In this document: positions 11,101-21,660 of the stretch, piece by piece | Position numbering within the stretch: position 1 is the first letter of the stretch | Layout: every line of letters begins with the position of its first letter | Assembly (NCBI GenBank): GCA_041690135.1 | Contig: JAWLHY010000012.1 | Location: 128,001-192,000 of the forward strand | DNA: 64,000 bases | From: Armatimonadota bacterium | GTDB taxonomy: Bacteria; Armatimonadota; SYMT01 | Direction of reading: 5' to 3' | The notes under the pieces: model-generated | Databases searched by the model: none | Seen by the model: only the letters and a program-made list of their open reading frames with translations | Told to the model about the DNA's origin: nothing | Made by a program: the position numbers and the translations under genes

Positions 11101-11577
11101 CTAACGATGAGGGTCGTCAACCTCTCCCTCTTCAGTGGTAAGCCAGTGGGAAGTCTCCATGTCCGGCAACTCCATGTCCGAGGCGGAGTAGAGGGTAGCG
11201 GTACTGTCGGAGACGCGGCTGGTGTTGTAGGTGATGAGTTTGACGAGCATGCGGACGATGCCAACGAGCTGTTCCTTCGCGGGCGCGATGACTTCCCGGG
11301 TCAGCCGCCGGCGCGAGACGAGCACGTCCAGGCAGGCGGCGCATTCGAGGGCCGACCCGTAGGCGTTCTGGAGGTAGCGAGCCCGATCCTTTGGGGAGAA
11401 CTTGCCGTTTCCTTCTGCGATATTGAGCGCGATGCTGGTTGAGGCACGATCCAGTTGGTCGCGGACGTTTGGAAGGGTTCGGCATTGTCTGGAGGTCTCT
11501 TCCCACCACTGTATAAAGTTCTGAGTCTCCTGGTAGACCGTCAGCTTCTCGTGATCGAAGTAGTACTCCGTGTGCAT
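11101..11577 (-). CDS. Four-helix-bundle protein (23S rRNA IVS protein / bAvd-like family)
   Basis: FDHEKLTVYQ...DQLDRASTSIALNIAEGNGK.SPKDRARYL..AYGSALECAACLD. Confidence 0.92.
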   Translation of the reverse strand: MHTEYYFDHEKLTVYQETQNFIQWWEETSRQCRTLPNVRDQLDRASTSIALNIAEGNGKFSPKDRARYLQNAYGSALECAACLDVLVSRRRLTREVIAPAKEQLVGIVRMLVKLITYNTSRVSDSTATLYSASDMELPDMETSHWLTTEEGEVDDPHR

Positions 11578-11688
11578 CGCTGCTCTCCTCCTCCTTTGGC
11601 CGTCGGAAATCATCATGGGTCTGGGTGGCCATTCTGGACGGCGCCCCTTCTTACTCTTACTCCTACTCCTGCTCTTACCCCTGTCGAG

Positions 11689-12429
11689 CTACCCCTCGTC
11701 TTCAGAGAAGCCGGGGCGGGGGTGGACGCGGAACTCGAGGTGGCGGGGCTCCAGGCCGGGGGGCTCGACGGCTCCGTAGAGGGCATGGGGATGACCACCA
11801 CGGTAGGCCCAGCCCTGATCGCCGTAGGACCAGTGCCACCACTCGGAGGGGTAGTTGGTGAGCCCGGCGGCGAGCATCACGGACCGCAGCAACTCCCGGT
11901 TCCGGCGGGCCTCGGGCGAAAGGCCCTCCGCATCGGCCGGGGCGCCGCCCGGGTCCATGAGCGAGTAGGGGCTGATGAAGTCGAGGATCTCGCCGTGTTC
12001 ATCCACGAGATGGACGTCCACCGCGCCGCCGGTGGTGTGGGGCGGGGGGACCTCCTCGTCCATGGGGGCGGAAAAACGGTGCACCGCCTCCTCCAGGTGC
12101 TCATTGGACCAGTCCGGATGCTCCCTTCGCAGCCGCTCGCGGGTGGCTTCGTGCATCTGGCGCTGGATCTCGGGAGCGCGCCACCCTTCCACCACGGCCA
12201 GGCGGATGCCTTCGGGAAGGCGGTTGGCGGCATCCGCCAGCCTCTCCGCCACCGACTTGCGCGCCACCCGCAACCGCTCATAGGCGAACACCGGGTGCCG
12301 GGGCGTCCAATACAGCTTCGGGCTGAGGGGGAGAAACTCGATCAGTGGCTCCCCATTCTCGTGGATGGGGATGGAGCACAGCTCGGACACGGGCTCATCT
12401 GGGAGAGGTTTTCGCATTTTTTCAGACAC
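11689..12429 (-). CDS. D-Ala-D-Ala dipeptidase (M15D, VanX/DdpX-like)
   Basis: EGWR, PPHTTGGAVDV, NYPSEWWHWSYGD. Confidence 0.88.
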   Translation of the reverse strand: MSEKMRKPLPDEPVSELCSIPIHENGEPLIEFLPLSPKLYWTPRHPVFAYERLRVARKSVAERLADAANRLPEGIRLAVVEGWRAPEIQRQMHEATRERLRREHPDWSNEHLEEAVHRFSAPMDEEVPPPHTTGGAVDVHLVDEHGEILDFISPYSLMDPGGAPADAEGLSPEARRNRELLRSVMLAAGLTNYPSEWWHWSYGDQGWAYRGGHPHALYGAVEPPGLEPRHLEFRVHPRPGFSEDEG

Positions 12430-12600
12430 GGAAGAACACGGATTGAACGGAGAAGCACGGAGTGGCAGAACCCGCCACCGAGGAGTGAAATCTCTACGGG
12501 GTTGGTGCGGTACCAGACCGGATCCAACCTATGCAGTTACCCCTCCCCAGCTCTTCTGCTTCCGCAGTGACTTATCTCCTCATCTTACCGGAAGCCGCAC

Positions 12601-12696
12601 CAGGAAGGCAGGAAGGCAGGAAGGCAGGAAGGCAGGAAGGCAGGAAGGCAGGAAGGCAGGAAGGCAGGAAGGCAGGAAGGCAGGAAGGCAGGAAGG
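12601..12696. repeat. (CAGGAAGG)12 perfect octamer microsatellite
   Basis: Read directly. Confidence 0.95.
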
Positions 12697-12850
12697 CCGG
12701 TCCGGGGAGTTCCTTTCGGAACTCCTGTAGATCTCCTGCAAGGTTCCAACGTAACAGCAAAGGATTGGCTTGCCTGACCTCCGAATGCTCAGAAGGCGGA
12801 GCGGAGTACCGGTCGTTCCCCATGTTGATCCGTGACATCCGTGTCTCTCC

Positions 12851-14170
12851 GTGTCGAAGAATTCGAGGCTGACCGTGGAGTGGAAACGATCTGAAGAGTT
12901 GATGGAGCGCGCCCGGCAGGTGATTGCGGGCGGGGTGAACAGCAACGTGCGCCTGACGGCCGTCCCCCGGCCCCTGTTCTTTTCTCACGGAAAGGGCCCC
13001 CGCATCACGGATGTGGACGGGAACACGTTCATCGATTACGTGCTGGGCCAGGGTCCGCTGATTCACGGGCACAGCCACCCCGAGCTGCTGCAGGCGGCGG
13101 CCGAAGGGATGCAGCGCGGGATGATGTTCGCGGCGCAGCACGACCTGGAGATCGAGCTGGCGGAGCGGGTCTGCCGGAGGGTGCCGACCGCCGACCTGGT
13201 GCGGTTCGGCTCTTCCGGATCGGAAGTGATCCAGGCGGCTTTCCGGATCGCCCGCGCGCGGACCGGACGACGCAAGATCGTCAAGTTCGAGGGGCACTAT
13301 CACGGGTGGTTCGACAACGTGCTGGTGAGCGTGGCTCCCCCGCTCGACCAGGCGGGACACCGGGAAGCGCCGCGGGCCGTGCCCACTTCCAAGGGCCAGA
13401 ACGAGGCGGCCCTGGAAGACCTGATCGTCCTTCCCTGGAACGATCCGGAGATCCTGGAGAAGACTCTGCGCGCCCGGGCAGACGAGATCGCGGCGGTCAT
13501 CACGGAGCCGATCATGTGCAACGTGGGCTGCATCCTGCCCCAGCCGGGCTACCTAGAAACACTGCGGGCACTCTGCGACGAGTTGGGGATCGTCCTGATC
13601 CTGGATGAGGTGATTACCGGTTTCCGGGTGGCCCCCGGCGGCGCGCAGGAGTTCCTGGGGATCCGGCCGGACCTCTGCACGTTTGGGAAGGCAATGGCGG
13701 GTGGGTTCCCTATTGCGTGCCTGGCCGGACGGCGGGACCTGATGGAGATGTTGACCGCCGGCGTCAACCATTCCGGCACCTACAATGCCAACCTGCTGGT
13801 GGTGGCCGCCAGCATCGCGTGCCTGGACCTGCTGACCCGGAACGACGGCGCCGCGTACCGGCACCTGTTCACCCTCGGGCAGCGCCTGCGGGACGGCATT
13901 GCGACCCTGGCCGAGGAGCAGGGGGTGCGGCTGCAGATCCAGGGACCCGGGCCGATGTTCCATGTTGCCTTCGCGGACGAGCCGCTGACGGACTACCGGT
14001 CCGCCGCGAAACAGGACACGCCGCGCTACCATCGGTTGACGGCATCCCTGATGGAGCGGGGCATCCGGCCGTTGGAGCGGGGCCTTTGGTATGTCTCGAC
14101 TTCCCACACGGAAAAGGAGATCGATGAGACGCTGAATGCGTTTGCGGATGCATTGCGGGACGTCTCTTGA
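12851..14170 (+). CDS. Class III aminotransferase, glutamate-1-semialdehyde aminomutase-like
   Basis: GGVNSNVR, KFEGHYHG, LILDEVITGFR, FGKAMAGG PLP lysine motif. Confidence 0.88.
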   Translation: MSKNSRLTVEWKRSEELMERARQVIAGGVNSNVRLTAVPRPLFFSHGKGPRITDVDGNTFIDYVLGQGPLIHGHSHPELLQAAAEGMQRGMMFAAQHDLEIELAERVCRRVPTADLVRFGSSGSEVIQAAFRIARARTGRRKIVKFEGHYHGWFDNVLVSVAPPLDQAGHREAPRAVPTSKGQNEAALEDLIVLPWNDPEILEKTLRARADEIAAVITEPIMCNVGCILPQPGYLETLRALCDELGIVLILDEVITGFRVAPGGAQEFLGIRPDLCTFGKAMAGGFPIACLAGRRDLMEMLTAGVNHSGTYNANLLVVAASIACLDLLTRNDGAAYRHLFTLGQRLRDGIATLAEEQGVRLQIQGPGPMFHVAFADEPLTDYRSAAKQDTPRYHRLTASLMERGIRPLERGLWYVSTSHTEKEIDETLNAFADALRDVS

Positions 14171-14453
14171 CCACGGAGTCACTGAGACAAGGAGAATGTC
14201 ACGGAGAGGGGAGGTCTCTCGCAAAGACGCAAAGCCGCGAAAGAAGGGGAAGAGAGGGAGTCTCTCGCAACGACGCAAAGGTGCAAAGAGAAGGCGGGGA
14301 ACGATGCCTCCTAGTTAACCTTTCGGCTGCGGTGACCTCGGCAGCCCTCACCCCCGCCACCCCCTCGGGGCGTAAACCTCTCCCACGCTGTGGGAGAGGG
14401 GAATTCCGTGCCCATGACAGCCAGAAAGGCGTGGGTTGGGGAGTAGGTGAGAT

Positions 14454-14498
14454 AACCGAAAAGGGGCTTCCCCATTGAAGGGAAGCCCCTTTTCGGTT
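14454..14498. terminator. Long hairpin between convergent genes, probable bidirectional terminator
   Basis: AACCGAAAAGGGGCTTCCC ... GGGAAGCCCCTTTTCGGTT. Confidence 0.75.
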
Positions 14499-14513
14499 TC
14501 TGTGTGACCTCGG

Positions 14514-15653
14514 TTAGAGGATGGTGGCTTTGGGGGCCTGGATCCAGGCGTGGTAGACGTCGTCGACGTCGGCGGTTTTGGTGTCGTGGCGGTGGATGTA
14601 GACCCGGTAGCGGAACCGGAGGGTTTCACCCTTGGGCTGCTTGAAGATCGTTTCCGGAGCGCCCTTTTCGAAGGAGGCGTTGGAGAAGGGGTTGGTGCCG
14701 ACGAGGCCGTAGTTGCGGGCGTGCCAGCGGCAGGGATGGTTCAAATTGCCGGGGTGATCCATCATGGCGATGCCGTAGGTCTTGCCCTGGATGGGGCCGA
14801 CGTAGTCCAGCCAGGCCGCCTTCTTGCCCCAGACTTCCTTCTCGCCGACCTCGCCGTTGCTGTTGTAAAGGTTGCCGCCTTCCTTCTCTTTCATGGTGTG
14901 GAAAACGCGGAACGCGAGGATGCCACCCTCTTTCGTGTCGCCGTACTCGATGTCCTGATAGCTCGCCTTGAGTTGGACATCGTAATCGAGCAGGCGGAGG
15001 TTCGGACCGACGTTGTAGACGCGGATCGTCCGGCGCTCGTCGAGGAGCGGCTTCCCTTCCTTCGAAGTCCAGGTCGCGTCGGCGGTGAAGCCACCGAAGA
15101 CCGGACCCTCCGCGCGGCCCGCGAACTCCTTATGCTTCGTGAAGCCGTGCCGGGGCAACTCCGACCAGTTGTCGGTTCCGCTCACCTCGTCGAAGGCGGT
15201 CCAGAAGGAACGATGGTGCGGGTGGTCCTGGTCCTTGGCGTTCTTCTCCTCGGCCAGGTCCTTCATCGGGAAATTCCGCGTTACGGGAGTGCCGCCGGGC
15301 CCCACTACCGGATGGAAGTAGGGACGCGCCCCTTCCGGGTTGAGGTTGTAGACCGTGAACAGCCCGTCCGGCATCACGATCGCGAGGCCGTGGGCCCCTT
15401 CCTCCTTGAGCTTTACCCCGCCGGCCGGGGCCGCCGAGGCTTTCTCGAGCACGTAACGCCGTTTCTCATTAGCCTTTGTCGAAGGCAAGATCGCGACCAG
15501 GTCATCCCCATCGCGCTGGACGGGCAGCACCTGGCTCGCACCCTGGGCGCGGAGTTGCAGGGCGCCGGTGGCGACGAAGCCTGGCGGCATCGGGAACCGG
15601 ACCGGGGTGGGTAAGGGGCAGTTCAACTGGCTGGTGATCTCGATAACAGGCAT
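14514..15653 (-). CDS. PmoA-like (DUF6807-type) putative carbohydrate-active protein
   Basis: RPYFHPV, DHPHHRSFW, DTKEGG, VWGKKAAWLDY, DHPGN...WHARNYGL.GTNPF. Confidence 0.75.
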   Translation of the reverse strand: MPVIEITSQLNCPLPTPVRFPMPPGFVATGALQLRAQGASQVLPVQRDGDDLVAILPSTKANEKRRYVLEKASAAPAGGVKLKEEGAHGLAIVMPDGLFTVYNLNPEGARPYFHPVVGPGGTPVTRNFPMKDLAEEKNAKDQDHPHHRSFWTAFDEVSGTDNWSELPRHGFTKHKEFAGRAEGPVFGGFTADATWTSKEGKPLLDERRTIRVYNVGPNLRLLDYDVQLKASYQDIEYGDTKEGGILAFRVFHTMKEKEGGNLYNSNGEVGEKEVWGKKAAWLDYVGPIQGKTYGIAMMDHPGNLNHPCRWHARNYGLVGTNPFSNASFEKGAPETIFKQPKGETLRFRYRVYIHRHDTKTADVDDVYHAWIQAPKATIL

Positions 15654-15981
15654 GGGAGGAGTCCTTCCTGGTTCGGGTGGTCAGGTGTTCGGGCATTCAG
15701 GCGTTAGGCATTCAGGCGTTAGGCATTCAGGCGTTAGGCGCTGGACCCCGTGCTGGGATAAACGCCTGGAAAGTGGTGCGTAAGCCGGACCCTTCGGAGC
15801 AGGCTGCTGGGTGAGTTGTGGACGGATCGGACCGATGAGCCGGATCGGACGATTGCCAGCCGGAGGCCCCAGGAGCGGCAGTCGTTCAACCACGCTGCTC
15901 TTCGGTTCGGCGCTTGAACCTTCAACCTGAATTCTCATCTCAAACGTTTGTGCCAGGCGCTATGCCTTAGAACTACGCCAC

Positions 15982-16797
15982 TCAGACCCCGAAAACCTGT
16001 CTCAAATGGCGCAGGCTTTCCCGGGCTATGGTTTCCGGGTCGGGGCTGTAGTCAAACACTTCCACGGAGACGTAGTCCTGGTAGCCGACTTCCCGGAGAG
16101 CGGCGGCGATAGGGCGGAAGTCCGTGTCGCCGAAGCCGGGGCCGCGGCGGTTGGCGTCGTTAGCGTGGAAGTGCTTCACCAGAGGCGCGAACTCCTGGAT
16201 GATCTCGGCCGGGGGCTGCGCTTCCGAACACATAGACTTTACGTCCAGCATCAACTGGAAGTTCGGGTGGTTCAGTTCTCGGACCATCCGCGCGGCTTCG
16301 GCGGCGGTGAGAATGAAGTCAGACTCCGGAGCGGGGAGGGATTCCTGGCAGAGGATCACGTTCCGCTCCGCCAGCAGCGGAAGCACCTGGCGATAAGAGG
16401 CCTGGGTTCGCTCCCAGGCACCCTGCCAGTCGCCGTTTTCCAGGCGGCGCTGGAGGGGTGACCCGAACACCATCACCGGGGCGCCGATATCGCCGGCGAA
16501 ATCGATGAGCGCCTTGAGGTAGTCCACCGTTTTCTGGCGGAGGTTCTCATCCTTCGTGTGGATGTGCAGTCCCTTGGGCGAGGCGAGCAGCCAGTGAAGA
16601 CCGACGATATCGAGCCCAGCGTCTTCCGCCACCTGCCGGATCTCCCGCCGGCGCTCCGCGGAGACGTCGGTCACCGAAGAAGCGAAGGTGAACGGCGCAA
16701 TCTCGACTCCCTGGTAGCCGGTGTCGGCCACGAACCGGCAGACCTGTTCCCAGGGCCAATCTCCGAACGTTTCGTTACAGATGGCAAATTTTTGCAT
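15982..16797 (-). CDS. Sugar phosphate isomerase/epimerase (xylose-isomerase-like TIM barrel)
   Basis: GYQGVEIAP, MLDVKSM, HFHAND.NRRGPG, SVEVF. Confidence 0.88.
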   Translation of the reverse strand: MQKFAICNETFGDWPWEQVCRFVADTGYQGVEIAPFTFASSVTDVSAERRREIRQVAEDAGLDIVGLHWLLASPKGLHIHTKDENLRQKTVDYLKALIDFAGDIGAPVMVFGSPLQRRLENGDWQGAWERTQASYRQVLPLLAERNVILCQESLPAPESDFILTAAEAARMVRELNHPNFQLMLDVKSMCSEAQPPAEIIQEFAPLVKHFHANDANRRGPGFGDTDFRPIAAALREVGYQDYVSVEVFDYSPDPETIARESLRHLRQVFGV

Positions 16798-17220
16798 GGC
16801 GGTGCTAGTTTTCGACGCAGAGGGACACAAAAGGAACAGAAGGTCACGGAAATCGGGTAGGCGAGAGGAAGGGGGTGGTGAGGTTGGTTGATTCCCGTTC
16901 TAGCTCCCACAGGTTCCGGCGCCCCTGGATTGTCTTAACTCCGTTGCGGGCTTGCGGCCGGAAATCCTTGTTGGGTTGCGTGGGATTTGTGAGACCAGGA
17001 TGGGAGGGTTGGTCGGGTGGTGCGTGTCGTTCACATCTCGGGGCGGGCCATAAACACTGATGGTGCGGTAGACGATGGATGCGAGTGCCGTGGTGAAGAC
17101 AGGTGCGGGCCGTGAACATCGAAAGTACGGTGCACGGCAGGCGCGAGAAGTGTGACCAGGGCGGGTGCGGGCCGTGACCAGGGTGTGTGCGAGTTGGGCC
17201 TCTGGATGGTGCCGTGACCG

Positions 17221-17243
17221 ACGGGGACAAGCCCCTGTGCTAC
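17221..17243 (-). repeat. GTAG-type REP-like palindrome
   Basis: Minus strand GTAGCACAGGGGCTTGTCCCCGT: GTAG plus GGGG..CCCC hairpin. Confidence 0.45.
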
Positions 17244-17331
17244 CTTTTCGCGGCACCGTGGACAGAACACTGGCATGCGCGGTGAGCGCAAGTGCCGTGT
17301 ACGGAGCGCATGCGGGGGTTTACAATTTGGG

Positions 17332-18702
17332 TCAGGGGTGGGCGAGGCGGTGGAGGAGTTTGCAGTAGGCGCGGGGGCCGCGCTCGAAGCTGGAGAGGCG
17401 GAAGAACTCGTCGGGGGCGTGGAACCGCTCGTCGTCGAGGGCGAAGCCGAAGCCGACGGTGTAGGCCTGGAGGTGGGTGAGGAATAGCTCGCAAACGGGC
17501 ACGCTGCCGCCGACGCGGATGGAGTAGGGCTCTCGACCATATTCCTCGGTGAGGACCTCGCGCGCCGCGGTGTTGCCGGGGTGATCGTCCGGCATCCGGT
17601 AGGGGCGGGAGGAGCCGGGGAGTGGGGTCACGGTCACCTGGACACCCGCGGGGGCGTGCTTCTCGACATGCCGCCGGATGGCCTCGATGACGCGGCTGCC
17701 GTGCTGGTCCGCCACGAGGCGGCAGGTGATCTTGGCGTGCGCCTCGTTGGGGAGCACGGTCTTGACCCCCTCTCCCTGGAAGCCGCCGTAGACACCGTTG
17801 ATTTCCAGGGTCGGGCGGGCCCAGAGGCGCTCCAGGGCGGTGTACCCCGGTTCGCCGACGAGGGTATTCACTCCCAGTTGGCGGGCAAAGGCCGCTTCGT
17901 CGAAGGGTACGGCGGCGATCGCGGCGCGGTCTTCCGGAGTGAGGGGCACGACTTCGTCGTAGAAGCCCTCGATCTGGATCTCGCCTTCGGGGCCGCGCAT
18001 GGAATCCAGGAGCTGGACGAGGGCGTGGATCGGATTGGGGACGGCGCCCCCATAGATGCCGGAGTGCAGGTCGCTCTCGGCGCCTCGCACATCGATTTGC
18101 ACAGCGCAGAGGCCGCGGAAGGCGACGAGAATCGCGGGCTCCGTTTCGCTCCACTGGCCGCTGTCGGCACTGACCACCATGTCGCAGGCCAACAGCTCGC
18201 GGTGTTGGGCGATGAATTCCGGTAGCTGCGGGCTACCGATCTCCTCCTGGCCTTCCAGGAAGAACTTGACGTTCACCGGCAGCTTTCCTTCAGTCCGCAG
18301 CAAGGCCTCGACTGCCAGGATGGGGATGAGCATGTTGCCCTTGTCGTCCGAGGCGCCGCGGGCATAAATGCGGCCGTCGCGGAGGGTGGGCTCAAACGGG
18401 GGATGGGTCCAGAGGTGCTCGGGATCGACCGGCTGCGTATCGAAGTGGCCGTAGATGAGGATGGTGGGCTTTCCCTCGGCCTGCAGCCACTCCCCATAGA
18501 CCACAGGATGCCCACCGGTCTCCAGGACGCGAGCGTTTCCGATGCCGGCGGCGCGCAGGCGGTTCATCGTCCATTCCGCCGCATCCGCGACGGCCTGTGT
18601 GCACTGGGGGAGTGAGGAGATGCTCGGAATGGCCAGGAACTCCAGCAACTCGTGCAGGAAGCGCTCCCGGTTTTCTGCCAGGTAGTTCTGCAAGGTGGTC
18701 AT
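17332..18702 (-). CDS. M20 family dipeptidase/acetylornithine deacetylase-like peptidase
   Basis: YGHFDTQP, RGASDDKG, EGQEEIGS, DLHSG, HAPDE. Confidence 0.92.
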   Translation of the reverse strand: MTTLQNYLAENRERFLHELLEFLAIPSISSLPQCTQAVADAAEWTMNRLRAAGIGNARVLETGGHPVVYGEWLQAEGKPTILIYGHFDTQPVDPEHLWTHPPFEPTLRDGRIYARGASDDKGNMLIPILAVEALLRTEGKLPVNVKFFLEGQEEIGSPQLPEFIAQHRELLACDMVVSADSGQWSETEPAILVAFRGLCAVQIDVRGAESDLHSGIYGGAVPNPIHALVQLLDSMRGPEGEIQIEGFYDEVVPLTPEDRAAIAAVPFDEAAFARQLGVNTLVGEPGYTALERLWARPTLEINGVYGGFQGEGVKTVLPNEAHAKITCRLVADQHGSRVIEAIRRHVEKHAPAGVQVTVTPLPGSSRPYRMPDDHPGNTAAREVLTEEYGREPYSIRVGGSVPVCELFLTHLQAYTVGFGFALDDERFHAPDEFFRLSSFERGPRAYCKLLHRLAHP

Positions 18703-18902
18703 GGTTGAAGGTTTGCAGGTTGAAAGTTGCAGGGTGAAAGTTGGCAGGTTGAAGCCCCCCTCGGCGGCCAGGGGTCGAAGCCCCCCTCGGGAGCCAGGAG
18801 TTAGGGGTCGAAGGGGCCTTCGGCCGAACAGGGTAAGGGTAAGGAGAGCCGTACCTGGATGATACTCGAATGGGGCTGCGAAAGACCAAGGAGATCTGGC
18901 TG

Positions 18903-20012
18903 CTACTCCGGGTGCAGGACGGCTGTTACGATCTCGTCGGAGAGGTCGTTGAGCTTGGCACCTTCGAGGTTGCTCATGAGGGCCACGGCCACTCCCTGGT
19001 CGGGAAGCAGCAGCAGACGGGTGCTGACGCGCTGCTGGCCGCCGTTGTGGGAGATGTAACGTCTTCCGTTCTTAACGGCGATACCCCAGCCCATGCCGTA
19101 GTTAGTCGGCTTTCCATCCGCCGTGTTCTGTGAGACCCACATTTGTTCCCGCGTCTCTCGCTTGAGCAGCCGGTCCGTGTGCAGGGCGATGGCGAAGCGG
19201 GCGAGATCTTCGACCGTGGAGCAGAGACCGCCGCCGGGGATCTTGTAGCTGGTATCGGCCAGGCGGGAGTTGAGCAGCTCGCCCTGCTCGGTCTTCCGGT
19301 ACCCCTGCGCACGGTGCGGGATGAGGGCGGCGACGCTGTCCTCTCGGATGCGGTCCATGCCGGCGGGCTGGAAGACGGACTCCTGGACGTACTGCATGAA
19401 GGTCTTGCCGGAAGCGCCCTCCACCGCGCAGCCAAGCAGGTTGAACCCGTAGCTGGTGTAAGCGTATTTCGTGCCGGGCTCGTGCAGCAGGGGATCGTGT
19501 TTGAAGAGCGAGAGCCCCTCGGCGAGAGTCGGATAGTAGCGCGTGCTGTTGACTTCATCGCCCTTGTAGTGGCGGATGCCGCCGAGATGGCCCAGCAGCA
19601 GGCGGGAAGTGACCGGCCAGGGTTTTTCGGGGAAGGAGGGGACGTACTTCCGGATCGGGGTGTCGAGGTCGACCTTTCCCTGCTCGACCAGCTGCATGAG
19701 GGCTACGGCCGTGATCGGTTTGCTGATGGAAGCGAGGCGGTAGACGGTGTGGGCGCGGGCGGGCACCTGGTTCTCCAGGTCGGAGACGCCGAACCCACTG
19801 CTCCAGCGCAACTGGTTCTCCGCGACTACCGCCACGGAGAGCCCGGGGATCTTCTGCTCGGACATCTCGCGCCGGATCGCCGCCTCGATCCGCGTCACCG
19901 CGGCCGGGGGAAGGCTGGGCGCACGGTCGTTTTGCCGGGCGCTTATGCTCGCGGGGGCGGAGAGCAGGACCAGAGAGCAGAGGGTGAGGCAGAAGGTGCG
20001 GCGAGTGGGCAT
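18903..20012 (-). CDS. Serine hydrolase, beta-lactamase class C/AmpC-like, exported
   Basis: SISK (SxxK), YTS, HNGG; signal peptide MPTRRTFCL. Confidence 0.9.
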   Translation of the reverse strand: MPTRRTFCLTLCSLVLLSAPASISARQNDRAPSLPPAAVTRIEAAIRREMSEQKIPGLSVAVVAENQLRWSSGFGVSDLENQVPARAHTVYRLASISKPITAVALMQLVEQGKVDLDTPIRKYVPSFPEKPWPVTSRLLLGHLGGIRHYKGDEVNSTRYYPTLAEGLSLFKHDPLLHEPGTKYAYTSYGFNLLGCAVEGASGKTFMQYVQESVFQPAGMDRIREDSVAALIPHRAQGYRKTEQGELLNSRLADTSYKIPGGGLCSTVEDLARFAIALHTDRLLKRETREQMWVSQNTADGKPTNYGMGWGIAVKNGRRYISHNGGQQRVSTRLLLLPDQGVAVALMSNLEGAKLNDLSDEIVTAVLHPE

Positions 20013-20190
20013 GGTGTTCGGGTGTTCGGGTGTTCGGGTGTTCGGGTGGTCAGGTGTTCGGGCGTTGGGCATTGGGTGGTCAGGCGTGCCAGTGGGGGTG
20101 AACGTTTGGGTGGTCTGGGGCTTCGGTTGTGGGTGAATGTTCGGACGGATCGGACGGATCGGACGGATTGGACAAATGGGTCGGATCGGA
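20013..20190. repeat. (GGTGTTCG)n octamer and (CGGACGGAT)n nonamer arrays
   Basis: Read directly. Confidence 0.8.
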
Positions 20191-20196
20191 CGTGTG

Positions 20197-21660
20197 TCAG
20201 GCGGGTAGCCTGGTGTGCCGGGTACTGGAGCCTAAGGGTTCCGGGATTTGGGCGGCAGTTTCCTTTTCGGATAATGGCGGCGAGGTCCTCCCCGGAGTTA
20301 GGGCGCGGAGGGCGATTGCGGGGTGGAAGAGGGAGCCGGCCGGGGCCAGCAGGAAGATGACCTCGAGGAGTGCGCGGCGAACTTTCGGGTCGTACGTGGA
20401 GAGGTGGGTCAGCCGGTCCAGGTAGCGGTGCATGAGGGCGGTGGTCCACCCGGTGGGACGGCCGTCGGTGCTGGGGAAGCGGAAGTCCTCGCCGGTGGCC
20501 ATGAGCCAGGGAAGCTCATTGCGGCGGGCGAGGGCCTGCTGGAACTCCGGGCCGATTCCGGTCAGCGAAACATCCCCCTCCCGCCGTTTCCGGCGCGCGA
20601 GGATCTCGCCCAGCGTGCCGGCGCCGAGGGCCGCAGTGGTCATCCCCTGGCCGTAGACCGGATTGAAGGCGCAGGCGGCGTCGCCGAGGACGACCAGGCC
20701 TTCCGGAAACCGGGAGAGCCGTTCGTAGTGGCGCAGGCGATTTTCGGTGGCCCGATGGGCGGTGATCGGGCTCACCGGCTCGGATTGCCGGATCAGCTCG
20801 TGCAGGGCGGGTGTCGGCAGGCTCTCGACGAACTCCTGGAACCCGGCCTCGTCGATCGGAGGGTAGTCCCCTCCCCCACCGATGAGCGTGAGGATCCAAC
20901 AGTCTCCTTCCATCTCCGCGGCGACCGCCCCGCGGGAGCGTCGCGGGGGTGCCAACTGGCAGTAGAGGACTTTCCAGTCGGCAGGACGCCCGCCAGGGAA
21001 TCGGTACATCCGGCTCACGTACCCGAGGCGGCCGTTGACCACCGTTTCCGCCGGTCGCTCATAGCCGATCGCCTCCAGCCATTGGGGGGTCCGCGAGCCT
21101 CGTCCGCCAGCGTCCACGACCAGGTCGGCGGATAGCGACTCCGGTGCGGAGACCGCTGCGCGATCTCGGGACTCCCTTCGGGCGAGCGTGACCCCAGCAA
21201 CCGCGCTTCCGTCCGGCGATCGGGACAGACCCTCGGCGGTATAACCTTCCAGGAACCGCACGTTGGGGAGCGCCCGCAGCCTTTGCCGGACGCCCCACTC
21301 CAGCAGGTTGCGCGTGCAAGAGAGCGTACGGAGGTCGGAAGGGAAGCGGACTCCCCAACCGGCGGGGGTGAACCAGGCGACGTCCAACATGGGGTCTACC
21401 GGCAGGGCACCCGCCGCCTGCAGCTCCCGGTCCAACCCCGGAAACAACTCCGTCAGCAGGTGGTATCCCTGGACCAGCAGGGTGTGGAAATGACGGGCCT
21501 GGGGAACGCCCGTCCGTCCTTCGGGGACCGCGGCCAGAAGGTCTCGCTCCACAATCGTCACCTGCGCGAAGTGGTCCGAAAGTGCCCGTGCCGCGAGGAG
21601 CCCGGCCATACTGCCGCCAATGACGACGCTATGCGAAGGTGGGTGGTTAGGACGATCCAC
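20197..21660 (-). CDS. FAD-dependent monooxygenase/oxidoreductase
   Basis: VIGGSMAGL, DAGGRGS, GDAACAFNPVYGQGMT. Confidence 0.88.
   Translation of the reverse strand: MDRPNHPPSHSVVIGGSMAGLLAARALSDHFAQVTIVERDLLAAVPEGRTGVPQARHFHTLLVQGYHLLTELFPGLDRELQAAGALPVDPMLDVAWFTPAGWGVRFPSDLRTLSCTRNLLEWGVRQRLRALPNVRFLEGYTAEGLSRSPDGSAVAGVTLARRESRDRAAVSAPESLSADLVVDAGGRGSRTPQWLEAIGYERPAETVVNGRLGYVSRMYRFPGGRPADWKVLYCQLAPPRRSRGAVAAEMEGDCWILTLIGGGGDYPPIDEAGFQEFVESLPTPALHELIRQSEPVSPITAHRATENRLRHYERLSRFPEGLVVLGDAACAFNPVYGQGMTTAALGAGTLGEILARRKRREGDVSLTGIGPEFQQALARRNELPWLMATGEDFRFPSTDGRPTGWTTALMHRYLDRLTHLSTYDPKVRRALLEVIFLLAPAGSLFHPAIALRALTPGRTSPPLSEKETAAQIPEPLGSSTRHTRLPA

Noticed and set aside
11101-11577. Diversity-generating retroelement, suggested by the Avd-like four-helix protein and the long repeats
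   Set aside because: No reverse transcriptase in the window, and differences between repeat copies do not look confined to adenines.
12365-12872. ORFs with RQEGRKAG / PSCLPAFL repeats
   Set aside because: Translations of the (CAGGAAGG)12 microsatellite.
12851-14170. Gene symbol hemL
   Set aside because: The family is clear, but there is no haem-pathway context; it could be a GSA-like paralog.
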